The notes beneath the pieces were generated by a model. It searched no databases. It was given only the letters and a program-made list of their open reading frames with translations, and had not been told where the DNA came from. The position numbers were made by a program, and so were the translations under genes. A DNA stretch of 22,025 bases. Origin: Candidatus Iainarchaeum sp. (lineage in GTDB: Archaea; Iainarchaeota; Iainarchaeia; Iainarchaeales; JAFCCJ01). Shown here piece after piece: positions 1-9,705 of the stretch. The DNA is taken from positions 1-22,025 of the forward strand of contig JBDRHK010000056.1 in the NCBI GenBank assembly GCA_043816965.1. Direction: 5' to 3'. Position 1 is the first letter of the stretch. Each line of letters begins with the position of its first letter.

Positions 1-383
1 TGAAGTGTTTTAAACATTCAGATAAAGATGCAGTGGGGAATTGTTCGTCCTGTGGAAAAGGAGTATGTTCTGAATGCGGGGTAGAAACGGAAGACGCCTT
101 GGTTTGTAAAGACTGTCTTGCAAAGGGAAAGACAAAAAGGAGTTCTTCTGAGAAAAAGAGTCCCGGTCTTGCGGCCGTTTTATCCTTCTTTTGGTCAGGA
201 TTGGGCCAGATCTATAACGGAGAGATAGCAAAAGGCATCATTCTTCTAATACTTTACACTGTGTCAGCCGTCCTAATGTTATTTTTAATCGGCTGTTGTA
301 CTACTCCGATTATATGGATTTATGGAATATACGATGCTTATAACTCCGCAGAGCTTATCAACAAGGGAGAAAAAGATGTTTAA
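1..383 (+). CDS. B-box-like zinc finger plus TM2 domain membrane protein (start codon probably 1 nt before the window)
   Basis: The frame is open upstream of 33: (M)KCFKHSDKDAVGNCSSCGKGVCSEC...VCKDC. It is followed by the TM2 motif KSPGLAAVLSFFWSGLGQIYNG. Confidence 0.8.
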   Translation, partial: KCFKHSDKDAVGNCSSCGKGVCSECGVETEDALVCKDCLAKGKTKRSSSEKKSPGLAAVLSFFWSGLGQIYNGEIAKGIILLILYTVSAVLMLFLIGCCTTPIIWIYGIYDAYNSAELINKGEKDV

Positions 384-861
384 AGGAAAAGGAACTTACC
401 TCCTTTTCCTGTCGATTATTTTTGTCTGGTTTTTACTAATCTTTTTGGCACCATTATTTGCGTCGTTGGGAGGTGTTTTTGATTTACCTTCTCAAATAAT
501 ATATTTAATTTTCAGACCGTTTTGCCATCAGATTCCTGAACGTTCCTTCTTCCTATTTGGTTATCCTTTAGGTGTTTGTGCAAGGTGTTTTGGGATATAT
601 TTTGGTTTGCTGATTTCTGCTTTAATATACCCGAAAATTAAAAAGGTCGATAACTTAAAATTTCCAAAAATTCATTGGATGCTATTGGCATTAGCTCCTC
701 TTGCAATTGATGGAATAACACAACTTGTTGGGCTGAGAGAAAGTACAAACCTATTGAGGTTAACAACGGGGTTCATCTTTGGCTATGTCTTGTTATTCTA
801 TATTGTTCCAGCATACAATAAAACAGTCAAAAGCATAAAAGCAAGATATTTTAGCAAATAA
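376..861 (+). CDS. DUF2085 family membrane protein
   Basis: Motifs CHQIPERSF, CARCFGIYFG and PLAIDGITQLVGLRESTNLLRLTTG. ATG at 376 follows GGGAG and overlaps the upstream gene. Confidence 0.85.
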   Translation: MFKGKGTYLLFLSIIFVWFLLIFLAPLFASLGGVFDLPSQIIYLIFRPFCHQIPERSFFLFGYPLGVCARCFGIYFGLLISALIYPKIKKVDNLKFPKIHWMLLALAPLAIDGITQLVGLRESTNLLRLTTGFIFGYVLLFYIVPAYNKTVKSIKARYFSK

Positions 862-927
862 GTATGTAAAAAGTTTATACAAATGTTCTGCATAATGAGG
901 AGAAAGCAACAAAATATCCCAATCAAC

Positions 928-1248
928 CTATCTGTGTTTTCTCTTTTTTTTATGTTTTTTGCTTCGAGATTTTACTACAATTTTGAAACTTCTTCCTTTT
1001 GTAATTACTTTGTACTTAGTTCCCGCAGGATATTTTCTCAGCTCGTCCAAAATATCATCGTCAAGATGGCTTGGATCCCAATAACTCGTGACAATATTCC
1101 CGGCCCACTTCGGGGTATTTGGTGAGGTGTACCATTTTGAAACTCGTACTTTTCTTTTTTTCTTCCCATGTTTAAATTTCTTCTTTTTAACTGTAAAAAA
1201 CCTACGTAATTTATTTACTATTTTTTTAAGAGATTTCATTAAATCCAT
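928..1248 (-). CDS. Small, very basic (Lys/Arg-rich) hypothetical protein
   Basis: 106-aa ORF starting 6 nt after the upstream stop, at the end of a minus-strand operon. No family recognised. Confidence 0.55.
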   Translation of the reverse strand: MDLMKSLKKIVNKLRRFFTVKKKKFKHGKKKRKVRVSKWYTSPNTPKWAGNIVTSYWDPSHLDDDILDELRKYPAGTKYKVITKGRSFKIVVKSRSKKHKKKRKHR

Positions 1249-1254
1249 TATAAA

Positions 1255-2379
1255 TTAGGCCTCCTTAATACTCTCCCGAACTATCTTTTCTCTTTCGCCT
1301 ATTTGTTCGAATTTTTCATTATCATCAGCCGCGGCAGCTATCACTATAAATAATGCACTTTTTTTACTAACATAAACAGTAAATTTTGTATATAATTCTT
1401 CACCTGTCTCAAACTCTACACCTAAAGTTCTTTTGTGAATATAATAGTCGTCTGTTTCGTAATCCTGAATATCTATAGTGTACTCTTCTAATTCCACTAA
1501 ACACGTATTCACTTCGTAATCATACCTGTCTTTATCAGTCTGGAACAAGGAAAATACTTCCTCTAATTTTTCTTCCCCGTAGAGATAACTAATACAAAAA
1601 CCTTGGGTATATTGTTTGATTTTCTCATCCTTGCCTACAGTTTCATAATTCATTATGCCAGATACTAAGAATGTGTAATCTTCATCTTCAATAAGGTAAG
1701 AAGTGTATCCCAAATATTGGCTTTCAGTCACTGTAAATCCACTATCCTCAGGCAGAGAAATTCTTATCGCGGTCGAATAATCTGGCGCTGAGAGAAACAG
1801 CAGGTAGAAAATAAAAATCAAAATCAATGCGAAGATGCCCATTGAGACACGATCTTGTATAAACTTTTTCTTCGGGAGATTGGAATCTATTTTTGCCCAA
1901 TTATCGTTCAAAGTTTTTTGGGAAAAATAAAAAAGCAAAGGCATCAATATTGGAAAAGGCAATCCAATAAATAAATAAAGTAATGGCATTACTACTATGA
2001 TATCAAGCATATATCCCACAAAATAAAAAATCGTGGCTAATCCTGGGGAAGGTTGGGAAGGAGTTACGTGGTTGTATTTGGAAAACAAATATATTTCTTT
2101 AAATAGTTTATAAACTAAATAAAACGAAACAATTGGAATTAACAATCCAAAAGTTCTTAAAGCAGGATTTATGCTTCCTGTTTTTTCATAATTTTTTTCT
2201 TCTTCTTTTAAATTTTTGTTTTCTTCAAAATTTAGATCGAAGTTCTGCTTTTTTATGAAAACGCTGGTTTTGTAGAACCAATAGAAATAGTAGAGGCCAA
2301 TAGTTAAAAGCGTAAATAAGAAAACTTGCCAGGCAGGTACGTGGTTGCTGTATTTTGGTTCATTTTCATTTGAATCCAT
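1255..2379 (-). CDS. DUF4234-like membrane protein with C-terminal soluble domain
   Basis: TLLTIGLYYFYWFYK motif and several TM segments. ATG at 2379 is preceded by GGAGTGA. Confidence 0.7.
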   Translation of the reverse strand: MDSNENEPKYSNHVPAWQVFLFTLLTIGLYYFYWFYKTSVFIKKQNFDLNFEENKNLKEEEKNYEKTGSINPALRTFGLLIPIVSFYLVYKLFKEIYLFSKYNHVTPSQPSPGLATIFYFVGYMLDIIVVMPLLYLFIGLPFPILMPLLFYFSQKTLNDNWAKIDSNLPKKKFIQDRVSMGIFALILIFIFYLLFLSAPDYSTAIRISLPEDSGFTVTESQYLGYTSYLIEDEDYTFLVSGIMNYETVGKDEKIKQYTQGFCISYLYGEEKLEEVFSLFQTDKDRYDYEVNTCLVELEEYTIDIQDYETDDYYIHKRTLGVEFETGEELYTKFTVYVSKKSALFIVIAAAADDNEKFEQIGEREKIVRESIKEA

Positions 2380-2383
2380 TAAA

Positions 2384-3697
2384 TCACTCCCGATCCTCAA
2401 TCTTCTGAATTTCTTCCAATTTTATTTCTTCAAGTTCCAATTCTTGTTCGCTCAGCGTTTCTTTAAAGGAGGAATAACTTATCCAATTAATCTCTCGCTC
2501 ACTATCATACAGAAAATAATCTCCGTCTGTGATTACCTCGTTTATTAATGAAAGATGCTCCGTATCATCATAAGAATCATTAATATGGATGCTTGTGTCA
2601 GGTATCATAGTAATCTCAGATGACCCATTCACATATCCCATAAATTCCCCGGTTTGGGGCTCTATAAGAGCTGCACCATTTAAATCAGAGTGTAAATTCT
2701 CAATTCCTTCGATTTTGTTTTTCGTAAAAGCAATTATGCAGTGTCCTGCGACATCATCTCTCTGGAAGTCGTACAGTGATCCGCAAACTATGTTTGGATA
2801 TTTATAGCCTTTAATTTTAACTGGACTAACTCTCGGAATCCACCAATCATGACTTTTTGTCAGGTAGTAGCCTGGGCCTATGCTATAAGGATCTTGATAT
2901 GCTTCTAAGATAATCTCTCGATCTCCTGGCGCAAAACATTCTTCCAGGAAATAATTGACCTCGGCTTTGTAAAAAAGTGAGAAATCTTCGCAGTCACCTC
3001 CTTTGTTTTTTATAATTTCTTCCAATGAAATCAATCTGTCACTGACAGTTGAGTCCACTAATGAATCCAAAACATCGTAATCTCCTCTGTATTTAAAATC
3101 AAAATCTTTCTCAGTTATATCTGCTTTGTATCTAAAATAAAAATCTTTTTCATTTATATGTGGAAGACATCCAGTAATCAATACACAGCTGTTTGCGCGA
3201 AAATCAAAGCAATTAGACCTGATCTTAAATCTCATCACGGTTTCTTTTTTTGGAAAAACTGAATTGTATCTAAACCAATCCATAGAATCCTGGATGTCTT
3301 GTTTAAAAGCTTCAATTTCTTCAAGAGTAGAGTCAATGTCATCCAACGTATTTTGCAGCTCCGATTCCAGAGATTCCTTTTCTGTACTCAGCGACTCTTT
3401 TTCCGATTCCAGAGATTCTGCTTCAGATTCCAGTTGACGTTTATCCTCAGATAACCTGCTGATTTGCTCCTCTAAATTAATAATCTTATTTACTTGGAGC
3501 CCGTATAATTTGTTCAAATCAGAAAATTTAGAGTTTAATTCAGTGTTCTCCAAATTCATTTGCTCAATTTGGGAATCAAGAGAAAGACTGATAAAAAGTA
3601 CAACTAGGAGTGCGAGGAAAAGCAAACAAACCACTATACTGAGGTGTTTTTTATTTATCCGACTTTTAACCACGGCAATAAAATCCATAAGTTTCAC
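2384..3697 (-). CDS. Membrane-anchored coiled-coil protein with transglutaminase-like cysteine protease domain
   Basis: N-terminal TM, heptad coiled coil (LESEAESLESEKESLSTEKESLESE), then GGDCEDFS (Cys), AGHC (His) and LIEPQTG (acidic) motifs. Confidence 0.75.
   Translation of the reverse strand: MKLMDFIAVVKSRINKKHLSIVVCLLFLALLVVLFISLSLDSQIEQMNLENTELNSKFSDLNKLYGLQVNKIINLEEQISRLSEDKRQLESEAESLESEKESLSTEKESLESELQNTLDDIDSTLEEIEAFKQDIQDSMDWFRYNSVFPKKETVMRFKIRSNCFDFRANSCVLITGCLPHINEKDFYFRYKADITEKDFDFKYRGDYDVLDSLVDSTVSDRLISLEEIIKNKGGDCEDFSLFYKAEVNYFLEECFAPGDREIILEAYQDPYSIGPGYYLTKSHDWWIPRVSPVKIKGYKYPNIVCGSLYDFQRDDVAGHCIIAFTKNKIEGIENLHSDLNGAALIEPQTGEFMGYVNGSSEITMIPDTSIHINDSYDDTEHLSLINEVITDGDYFLYDSEREINWISYSSFKETLSEQELELEEIKLEEIQKIEDRE
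3361..3433. repeat. Degenerate 21-bp (heptad-coding) tandem repeat
   Basis: CCGATTCCAGAGATTC at 3361 and 3403, with a partial copy at 3424. It encodes the coiled-coil heptads. Confidence 0.6.
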
Positions 3698-4854
3698 CTA
3701 AATGTCTGAGTTAAATAAAAATCATTTCCTTCTTGTGCAACACCTACTCCTGTTTCAGAATAGTCAGTGTTTATCATATTCCGGTAGTGCCCCGGGCTCG
3801 TTGTCCAACCACTAACGGCACAATTTGTGATGGCCTCTTCACTATAAACATTTCCGCAGCCGATTACGTCTCCCATTGGCACATTAGAGATATTTTCCGC
3901 AATGCCTATTGCATAAACTCCCCCACCTAAAGGAGTCCTCGTATTTATGCCGGCCTTCTCTGCTCTCTCAGTCGGACCGTCTCCGTCTGGATTAGTGTGG
4001 TCGAAAAAATTCCTTGCAGCTATGTCTTCGCTATGTCCCCGGGCAATTTTGGCTAAATCGTCGTTCCACTTTAATGGAGTTGTTCTTGCAGAATTTACCT
4101 TTGCAAACACCAGTTGCTCTATTTCACTTATATCTTTAGAATTATCGAATATTTCTTCCAAGCCCGAGAATACTTCCGTTGCATTGAAGTAATTTTCCTC
4201 GTCAGCAGATAGTTCAGCTACTGGTTTGTTCACTCCTGTTGGTTTATCCAATTTAATCGCAAAAGGATTGAATTTGTTGTAATCCAATTCTTCATAAACT
4301 CCTATTGCCACTTCCTTGTAATCTTCTTGGTTTTCATAAATATTGTAAGCGAACAAGAGGAGGAAAAGCAACAAGCCGTATTTTACAATGTTCATGCTTC
4401 CAAGATACCAATGGCGTGCCTGTCGGAAAGAAATCCTAAGAAAATAAAGAGAACCGAGTAACAATGCTATGAGGATTGTACTCCCGAGTTTAAGGAAAAG
4501 CAACGGGGAGGTGTTGAATTCTTCTACGTTTGAATAGAGTGTCAGGAAAATTAAAGCAATCACGAGGAAAATTACTGTGTTTTGTATGAATTTGCTCTTA
4601 CTGAAATAATGGTTCTGATGCTTTCTCCTAAACAGCCAGTATTTGAAATTTTCCAATTTCCGGACTATTTTGTCAGTAAAATTCGGTTTATTGTAGGAAT
4701 TGCCTTGTGGCGGATCCACGTATTCTTCCCCGCGCCTTTTCTGCCCAGATTTGCCATAGGCTTCATCTATTTTCTTCGCATCTTCTTCCGAAATAGGATG
4801 AGTTTCGCCATCATCAACAAAATCATGCAAACCGCCAGATCTTCTCCTATCCAT
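3694..4854 (-). CDS. Membrane protein with C-terminal CAP (SCP-like) domain
   Basis: Three TM segments, then VNSAR..PLKWNDDLAKIARGHSEDIAARNFFDH, AENI, WTTSPGHYRNM and GVGV...YLTQTF. Confidence 0.9.
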   Translation of the reverse strand: MDRRRSGGLHDFVDDGETHPISEEDAKKIDEAYGKSGQKRRGEEYVDPPQGNSYNKPNFTDKIVRKLENFKYWLFRRKHQNHYFSKSKFIQNTVIFLVIALIFLTLYSNVEEFNTSPLLFLKLGSTILIALLLGSLYFLRISFRQARHWYLGSMNIVKYGLLLFLLLFAYNIYENQEDYKEVAIGVYEELDYNKFNPFAIKLDKPTGVNKPVAELSADEENYFNATEVFSGLEEIFDNSKDISEIEQLVFAKVNSARTTPLKWNDDLAKIARGHSEDIAARNFFDHTNPDGDGPTERAEKAGINTRTPLGGGVYAIGIAENISNVPMGDVIGCGNVYSEEAITNCAVSGWTTSPGHYRNMINTDYSETGVGVAQEGNDFYLTQTFR

Positions 4855-4946
4855 TTAGAATTAGTTATATGAAAACTATTTTATATGTCTTTTTTGGGCT
4901 TAGAAAGCTTTTTAGGTGTTTTTTGAGGAGATTTCATGGGGGTTTA

Positions 4947-6857
4947 GTGAATAAAAGCAAGATTTTATTAGTGGTCATCTTCTTATTGCTTTTTAGTAGC
5001 TTAACCTATGCTCAAGATTTTAACTGTAGTGACTTTGTCAAGGACTTTAATTCAAGTTTAAAAGATCTTGAGGAGTACTATGGATGGTATTTTGATTCAA
5101 ATAGCGGCATATGTGATAATCAAGTATGTCAAAATATCATTCAAATTACTTTTAATGAGAAATTAACTGACAACCGAGTTCTTCGGTGCTTACAGGATTT
5201 TAACAAAGTAACGCTTGCCGATGATTATAATAAGGCAATATCTACTTACGATAAATTAATCGAAAAAGAAGAAAATGAAAATAACAAAGAGGAGCTTTTG
5301 AATCTTCTCGAAAATGAATATGGCATTTTGAGTTCTTGTGGCGGCTATTTAGCTAAACTAATAGATTCTTCTGGACTATGTGATAAGCAAGAACAAATTA
5401 AAGAAAAATTCAGAGATTTATTCAAAGAGGAATATGAAAAACGTGCTCAATCTATGAGTCAAAATACTTCTTGTCACGACCATGTTGAGTTTGTATCAAA
5501 CTTTTCATCTAAATTGGTGGGAATTGATACAAAAATGTTTTTTACTTTCAATAATGTCTTGGAAGATACTAGAAAAGATGTTTTCTTTGATGCAATTACT
5601 TGTGGTCAAGTTTGCACTAGCCAGATTCCTGAGTATCCTGCCCCAGAAGACTTAAATGGGGGACTAATTTGTTATGATTTAGCTAGAAAACTATTGCCTA
5701 CTGCCAATCTTGGGAAAAAAGGAGACATTAATCAGGACCCAGATAAAATTCTCAACGAGATAGATATTAATTCTGTGGCACTAGCTAAAGCAATCAGAGA
5801 CGAAAAATTAATATCTGATTATTCGTTTTTTGCAGGAAAAAGCGCTTATGCGCTTGGACTTAAAATTGTATGTGGCTTCCCAGATCCTCGTTGTGAAGAT
5901 ATGTTTGAAGATTATCTGGATGAAATTAGTTATGAAGATTATCATCTTGCTTCAGGCGCTTTTAGATCGTCGATAATATATTTTGCGGATTCTGAAAAGA
6001 CCAAAGACGAAAGTACTAGAAGTTTAATGAAGTTAAAAAGTACTATTAAAATTGGTGAGAGAAAAAAAGTTTATATGGACGTTTTCAATTCAATACAAGA
6101 AATATTCTTACAAATTTATGGGTTAATACCGATCTTTATCCTAATTAGTGGGTTTTTACTGATAGTTATGGCAATAATATATGTATTCCGTGATAAGATA
6201 TCTTTTCAGGAATATACCTTAAAAATTGAACCGCTGATTGAAAAATTACCTATTAAGGATTATTTACTATTGCTGGCTACTTTGTGGGTTGGTACCACAA
6301 TAGGTTTTACGTTGTCATTGAGTTTAGAAAATACTATCTTGATGGCATCTTCAACAAACGATGTTAATACTATTCTTTATCTTGCTAATAGTAATGATTT
6401 GACATCGATGTCATATTTTTCCTATTTTTTTAAGGATCTTTGGAATATTTTAGGGTTTTCATTTTTGTTTGGTGTTGTTTGGCTATTTTCCAAAGGGAAT
6501 AAATGGTTGGATCCAATTTATTCCATGGCTAATTTTTTTAGTTTTTTAGCGTTTGGCGTTTTTTTATTATACCTTGTTGGACTTATGAAATTAGAGGTTT
6601 TTTTCTCAGGAGCATTTCTACTGTTGATTACTGGATTAATTTTCAGTTGGTTGTTGATGGAAATTAAAGCACGAGCAAAAGCAGAAAAAATACTTAAAAG
6701 AAGGAAGTACATTCAAATAAATGGGGGAGAACCTATTCATGTTCCCACGTGCGGTTATTTGAATCGCACTGATGACAAAAACAAAAAAGAAGTGGATTTG
6801 TCAAAATCAGACCTTAAAAAATATCGAAAATGCACAAGGTGTATTAAAGATAATTAG
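4947..6857 (+). CDS. Large membrane protein: signal peptide, Cys-rich extracellular domain, multiple TMs, C-terminal His/Cys motif
   Basis: Long ORF with likely GTG start at 4947 (signal peptide ...LTYA). C-terminus has HVPTCGYL...KCTRC, a possible Zn site. Confidence 0.75.
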   Translation: MNKSKILLVVIFLLLFSSLTYAQDFNCSDFVKDFNSSLKDLEEYYGWYFDSNSGICDNQVCQNIIQITFNEKLTDNRVLRCLQDFNKVTLADDYNKAISTYDKLIEKEENENNKEELLNLLENEYGILSSCGGYLAKLIDSSGLCDKQEQIKEKFRDLFKEEYEKRAQSMSQNTSCHDHVEFVSNFSSKLVGIDTKMFFTFNNVLEDTRKDVFFDAITCGQVCTSQIPEYPAPEDLNGGLICYDLARKLLPTANLGKKGDINQDPDKILNEIDINSVALAKAIRDEKLISDYSFFAGKSAYALGLKIVCGFPDPRCEDMFEDYLDEISYEDYHLASGAFRSSIIYFADSEKTKDESTRSLMKLKSTIKIGERKKVYMDVFNSIQEIFLQIYGLIPIFILISGFLLIVMAIIYVFRDKISFQEYTLKIEPLIEKLPIKDYLLLLATLWVGTTIGFTLSLSLENTILMASSTNDVNTILYLANSNDLTSMSYFSYFFKDLWNILGFSFLFGVVWLFSKGNKWLDPIYSMANFFSFLAFGVFLLYLVGLMKLEVFFSGAFLLLITGLIFSWLLMEIKARAKAEKILKRRKYIQINGGEPIHVPTCGYLNRTDDKNKKEVDLSKSDLKKYRKCTRCIKDN

Positions 6858-6910
6858 ACTTAGAGGTAGTAAAATATAAAATATTGTTACATTAATATTA
6901 GTGATAATAT

Positions 6911-7468
6911 ATGGATAGTGTTTTATTAGAAATGAGCAGAATGTATGTTGAAGCCAATAAAGAACTAGAGAAATCTGACTATTTGCGTGCTGAAAAAATA
7001 ATTGATAGGGCGATTAAGAGGTTGCAGAATACTCTGCCACAGATGTATGATGAAAAATCCGTGAAATTCGCAATTGATGATGCTGCCCGACACTTGGATT
7101 GGCTCAGAGAAAAATTTAGAGAGACTAAAAAAGAAGAGATGGATGACTCAAAAAAAAAGTTCATATCATTCATAAATGAAAAGCAAATTTTACTCATAGC
7201 CTTGTTAATAAGGCATGCTTATGATTTAGATGAATTATCAAAACTTGATATGTTGATAAGGCCTATTTTTTATAGCGAATTAGTTCCAAGGCCAGATATG
7301 GTATTTATACATTCTGCAATGGATGACGATTATTACCTTAATGTATTCAAAAAAAGATTTGAAAGTTTTGTTGGTAAGTATCCGGATTTTAACCCGGAAA
7401 TAATAAAATATAAAGAACATATTGATAAGAAAGGACGTGAATTTGGTAAAAAAATAAAGTTGATATGA
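6911..7468 (+). CDS. Hypothetical helical protein
   Basis: 185-aa ORF with ATG after GTGA. Overlaps the next gene (ATGA). Confidence 0.7.
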   Translation: MDSVLLEMSRMYVEANKELEKSDYLRAEKIIDRAIKRLQNTLPQMYDEKSVKFAIDDAARHLDWLREKFRETKKEEMDDSKKKFISFINEKQILLIALLIRHAYDLDELSKLDMLIRPIFYSELVPRPDMVFIHSAMDDDYYLNVFKKRFESFVGKYPDFNPEIIKYKEHIDKKGREFGKKIKLI

Positions 7469-8085
7469 TGGCGAACGAAAAGATAAAAGATAAAATAGCC
7501 CGAAAAGAGATTATTGAGTATATACTTGCCCATACAAACGAAGAAGTAGTAAAAATAAGGAAAGATCTTGAAAAGCAGATCCCCCAAGTGAGAGAAGAAA
7601 TTGCAAAAGAAATAAATTTTAAGGTGCAACATGACATAGATAATCTTCAAAAAGAATTGTCACTAATAAAAAGAGATTTGGAAAAATCTAAAATTCAATT
7701 AGTAGAGGTTTTGGGAGTATTTACGGCAATTCTTGCATTTATTGTGACTTCTATCCAAATTGCTGTTAAATTTACAGCATTACTGGATGCATTGGTTTTG
7801 ATTTTCTCCATAGGAATAATTTTAATTTTGTTTATTTTTTTGCTTAAAAGAATAATTGAGACTCGATCAGAAAAACAAATACCCGGGCCAATCGAAGAGC
7901 GCAATATTGGTTCCTGGAAGAAATTTAGAAATTCATTAAATTTGTTTTTACCAATTCTTATTTCAATCTCATTAGCAATATTGGCTTATTCTGAAGTGAT
8001 CATCAAACAAAACTTATCTCTAGATTTTTGGACAATTTTATTTTTTGCTAGTTTGCTTGTTTTCATTGTTAATACTTTAGCTTGA
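7465..8085 (+). CDS. Coiled-coil plus ~4-TM hypothetical membrane protein
   Basis: Charged helical N-terminus followed by hydrophobic segments. Translationally coupled to the upstream gene. Confidence 0.7.
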   Translation: MMANEKIKDKIARKEIIEYILAHTNEEVVKIRKDLEKQIPQVREEIAKEINFKVQHDIDNLQKELSLIKRDLEKSKIQLVEVLGVFTAILAFIVTSIQIAVKFTALLDALVLIFSIGIILILFIFLLKRIIETRSEKQIPGPIEERNIGSWKKFRNSLNLFLPILISISLAILAYSEVIIKQNLSLDFWTILFFASLLVFIVNTLA

Positions 8086-8092
8086 TAAGGGA

Positions 8093-8365
8093 TTAAGGTG
8101 ATTGTCTGTGTTTTTGAATATTTTTTAAGATAATAATTCCTTTTGTCGTCCTTTCAAATATTTTTCCTTTTCTGGCCTCGGGAGTAAGGCATTTTACCAG
8201 GCCTTTTTCTATAAGTTCTGAAAGCGCTCTACTTACATGAGCTTTGTTAATATCTAAATCCTTCGCTAATTGAGTAGGAGTAGTAGGAAAATTCAGCTTT
8301 TCAAGAACCAATTTACGGTATCTGCTCCTGATTACAAAGCTAATAGTTTTCCAGTCTTTCGTCAT
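8093..8365 (-). CDS. Archaeal winged-helix transcriptional regulator (ArsR/MarR-like)
   Basis: SRYRKLVLEKL..PTTPTQLAKDLDINKAHVSRALSELIEKGLV...RKGKIF..TTKG. Confidence 0.85.
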   Translation of the reverse strand: MTKDWKTISFVIRSRYRKLVLEKLNFPTTPTQLAKDLDINKAHVSRALSELIEKGLVKCLTPEARKGKIFERTTKGIIILKNIQKHRQSP

Positions 8366-8378
8366 TATAATTAAGTTT

Positions 8379-8415
8379 GATTACTTTTATATAGATTTAG
8401 TTACCAAATAGTTAC
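8379..8415. promoter_or_regulatory. Divergent promoter with TATA-like box and TAGTTAC direct repeats
   Basis: TTTTATATA near 8385-8393. TAGTTAC at 8398-8404 and 8409-8415 (11-bp period), plus GATTAC at 8379. Confidence 0.45.
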
Positions 8416-8434
8416 GTTGATGGGGAGTGGAAAA

Positions 8435-9364
8435 ATGGGTAAATTTGTCTTCATACTAATAATATTTGCATTATTGCTTATCGGTTGTTCCTCACCACCT
8501 GAAACACAAGAAGAGTATACTCCTACTGGCGGCTATGTCTGTCCAGATGGTTCTCCTGTGACAAGTCTTTCTAATTGCGCCAAAGAGAACTCTGAACCGG
8601 AAGAAAGTGTATTTGAGCCTAACGGAGAACCGGTTGTTAGGCCTGAACAGGAAGTAATCGATTGTGGCCAAGATTTTAACTGTTTTAAGATTGCTATTCC
8701 CGATTGCGATCTTGCCAAGACTACTCAATCCGCCGGGCTTTTAGGGACTTATAATGCTGAAATTCAGGAAGACTGTTCAATTCTGATTAAAATGGAAACT
8801 ACGAGTGGCGTAACCACCAAAAGTTGTAAAATAAATGACCAAATAGTGTTGGATTATTTTGATAGCATTTCAGAGATGAACCAAATTTGCGATGGTTCGC
8901 TGCAGATTGTTAACTCTAAGCTTCTTGACCAAGATGACAGGAAAGTAATGGGGGGCAATTCTATTGTTTTAGGTTCTTCTGAACTTAGGTGGCAAATAGT
9001 TAAGATTGTAGAATATGGTGCCACGAAAAAAGACGAAGAGGCAGAGATGGATTCAATTTTTTGGGAAATGGAACCGAAAGAAGGATGGAAAAGAGAATAT
9101 TTCTGGATTGTTATAAGAAACGATTCTTTGAAGAAAGAATCTTTTAGCAGTAGTAATTTGCGTGATTTATATGCTTTTTCTAATTCTGACGAAATTGAGT
9201 TTGATATTCATATTATGCCTGGAGAGAAAAACATATCTTCAATTCCTGCAGGGGATGGTGCAATATATTATGGGGCGGCACTGTTGCCTGAAGACAGAAC
9301 TACCGCAGAAATAATTTATCGGCCTTCTTTTAATCGGGCAGATGCTATTTTCTTATTTGAATAG
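8435..9364 (+). CDS. Putative lipoprotein or surface protein
   Basis: Lipobox-like LLIGC after a hydrophobic signal, with Cys-rich segments (YVCPDG, IDCGQDFNCF). ATG at 8435 follows GGGGAG. Confidence 0.75.
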   Translation: MGKFVFILIIFALLLIGCSSPPETQEEYTPTGGYVCPDGSPVTSLSNCAKENSEPEESVFEPNGEPVVRPEQEVIDCGQDFNCFKIAIPDCDLAKTTQSAGLLGTYNAEIQEDCSILIKMETTSGVTTKSCKINDQIVLDYFDSISEMNQICDGSLQIVNSKLLDQDDRKVMGGNSIVLGSSELRWQIVKIVEYGATKKDEEAEMDSIFWEMEPKEGWKREYFWIVIRNDSLKKESFSSSNLRDLYAFSNSDEIEFDIHIMPGEKNISSIPAGDGAIYYGAALLPEDRTTAEIIYRPSFNRADAIFLFE

Positions 9365-9704
9365 TCTGAATTAACCTATAATTCATTTTGCCTATTCTTT
9401 CGATTTTTTCATTCAGCTCTTTGAAAGAATCCTTGCCCAGATAACCCAAGTCTCTTGCCAGAATAAGAAAGTTCTCAACTTCCTTTGCCGACCCGTTCGC
9501 CATGTACAGAAAACGGGCAAATTCTTTCTGGCTATTTTTTCCAGTGCCTTCGGCAATATTTGATGAAATGCTGTATGCCGCTCTCCGCATTTGCTGGGCC
9601 ATCCCGTATTGTTCAGTTTTTGGGAATTTTTTGGTTGCTTCATAAATGTCCAGAACCAATTCTTTGGATTCTTGCCAAAGTTTAAGTTTTTTGAAATCTT
9701 GCAT
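9345..9704 (-). CDS. Four-helix bundle protein (23S rRNA-IVS protein / Avd-like family)
   Basis: FKKLKLWQ...IYEATKKFPKTEQYGMAQQMRRAAYSISSNIAEG...FARFLYMANGSAKE. True start is ATG 9704 (119 aa), 1 nt after the terL stop, with GGTGGAG upstream. Confidence 0.9.
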   Translation of the reverse strand: MQDFKKLKLWQESKELVLDIYEATKKFPKTEQYGMAQQMRRAAYSISSNIAEGTGKNSQKEFARFLYMANGSAKEVENFLILARDLGYLGKDSFKELNEKIERIGKMNYRLIQTIQIRK

Positions 9705-9705
9705 C

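Noticed and set aside
9345..9704. Diversity-generating retroelement suggested by the Avd-like gene
   Set aside because: No reverse transcriptase and no TR/VR repeat pair is visible in the window.
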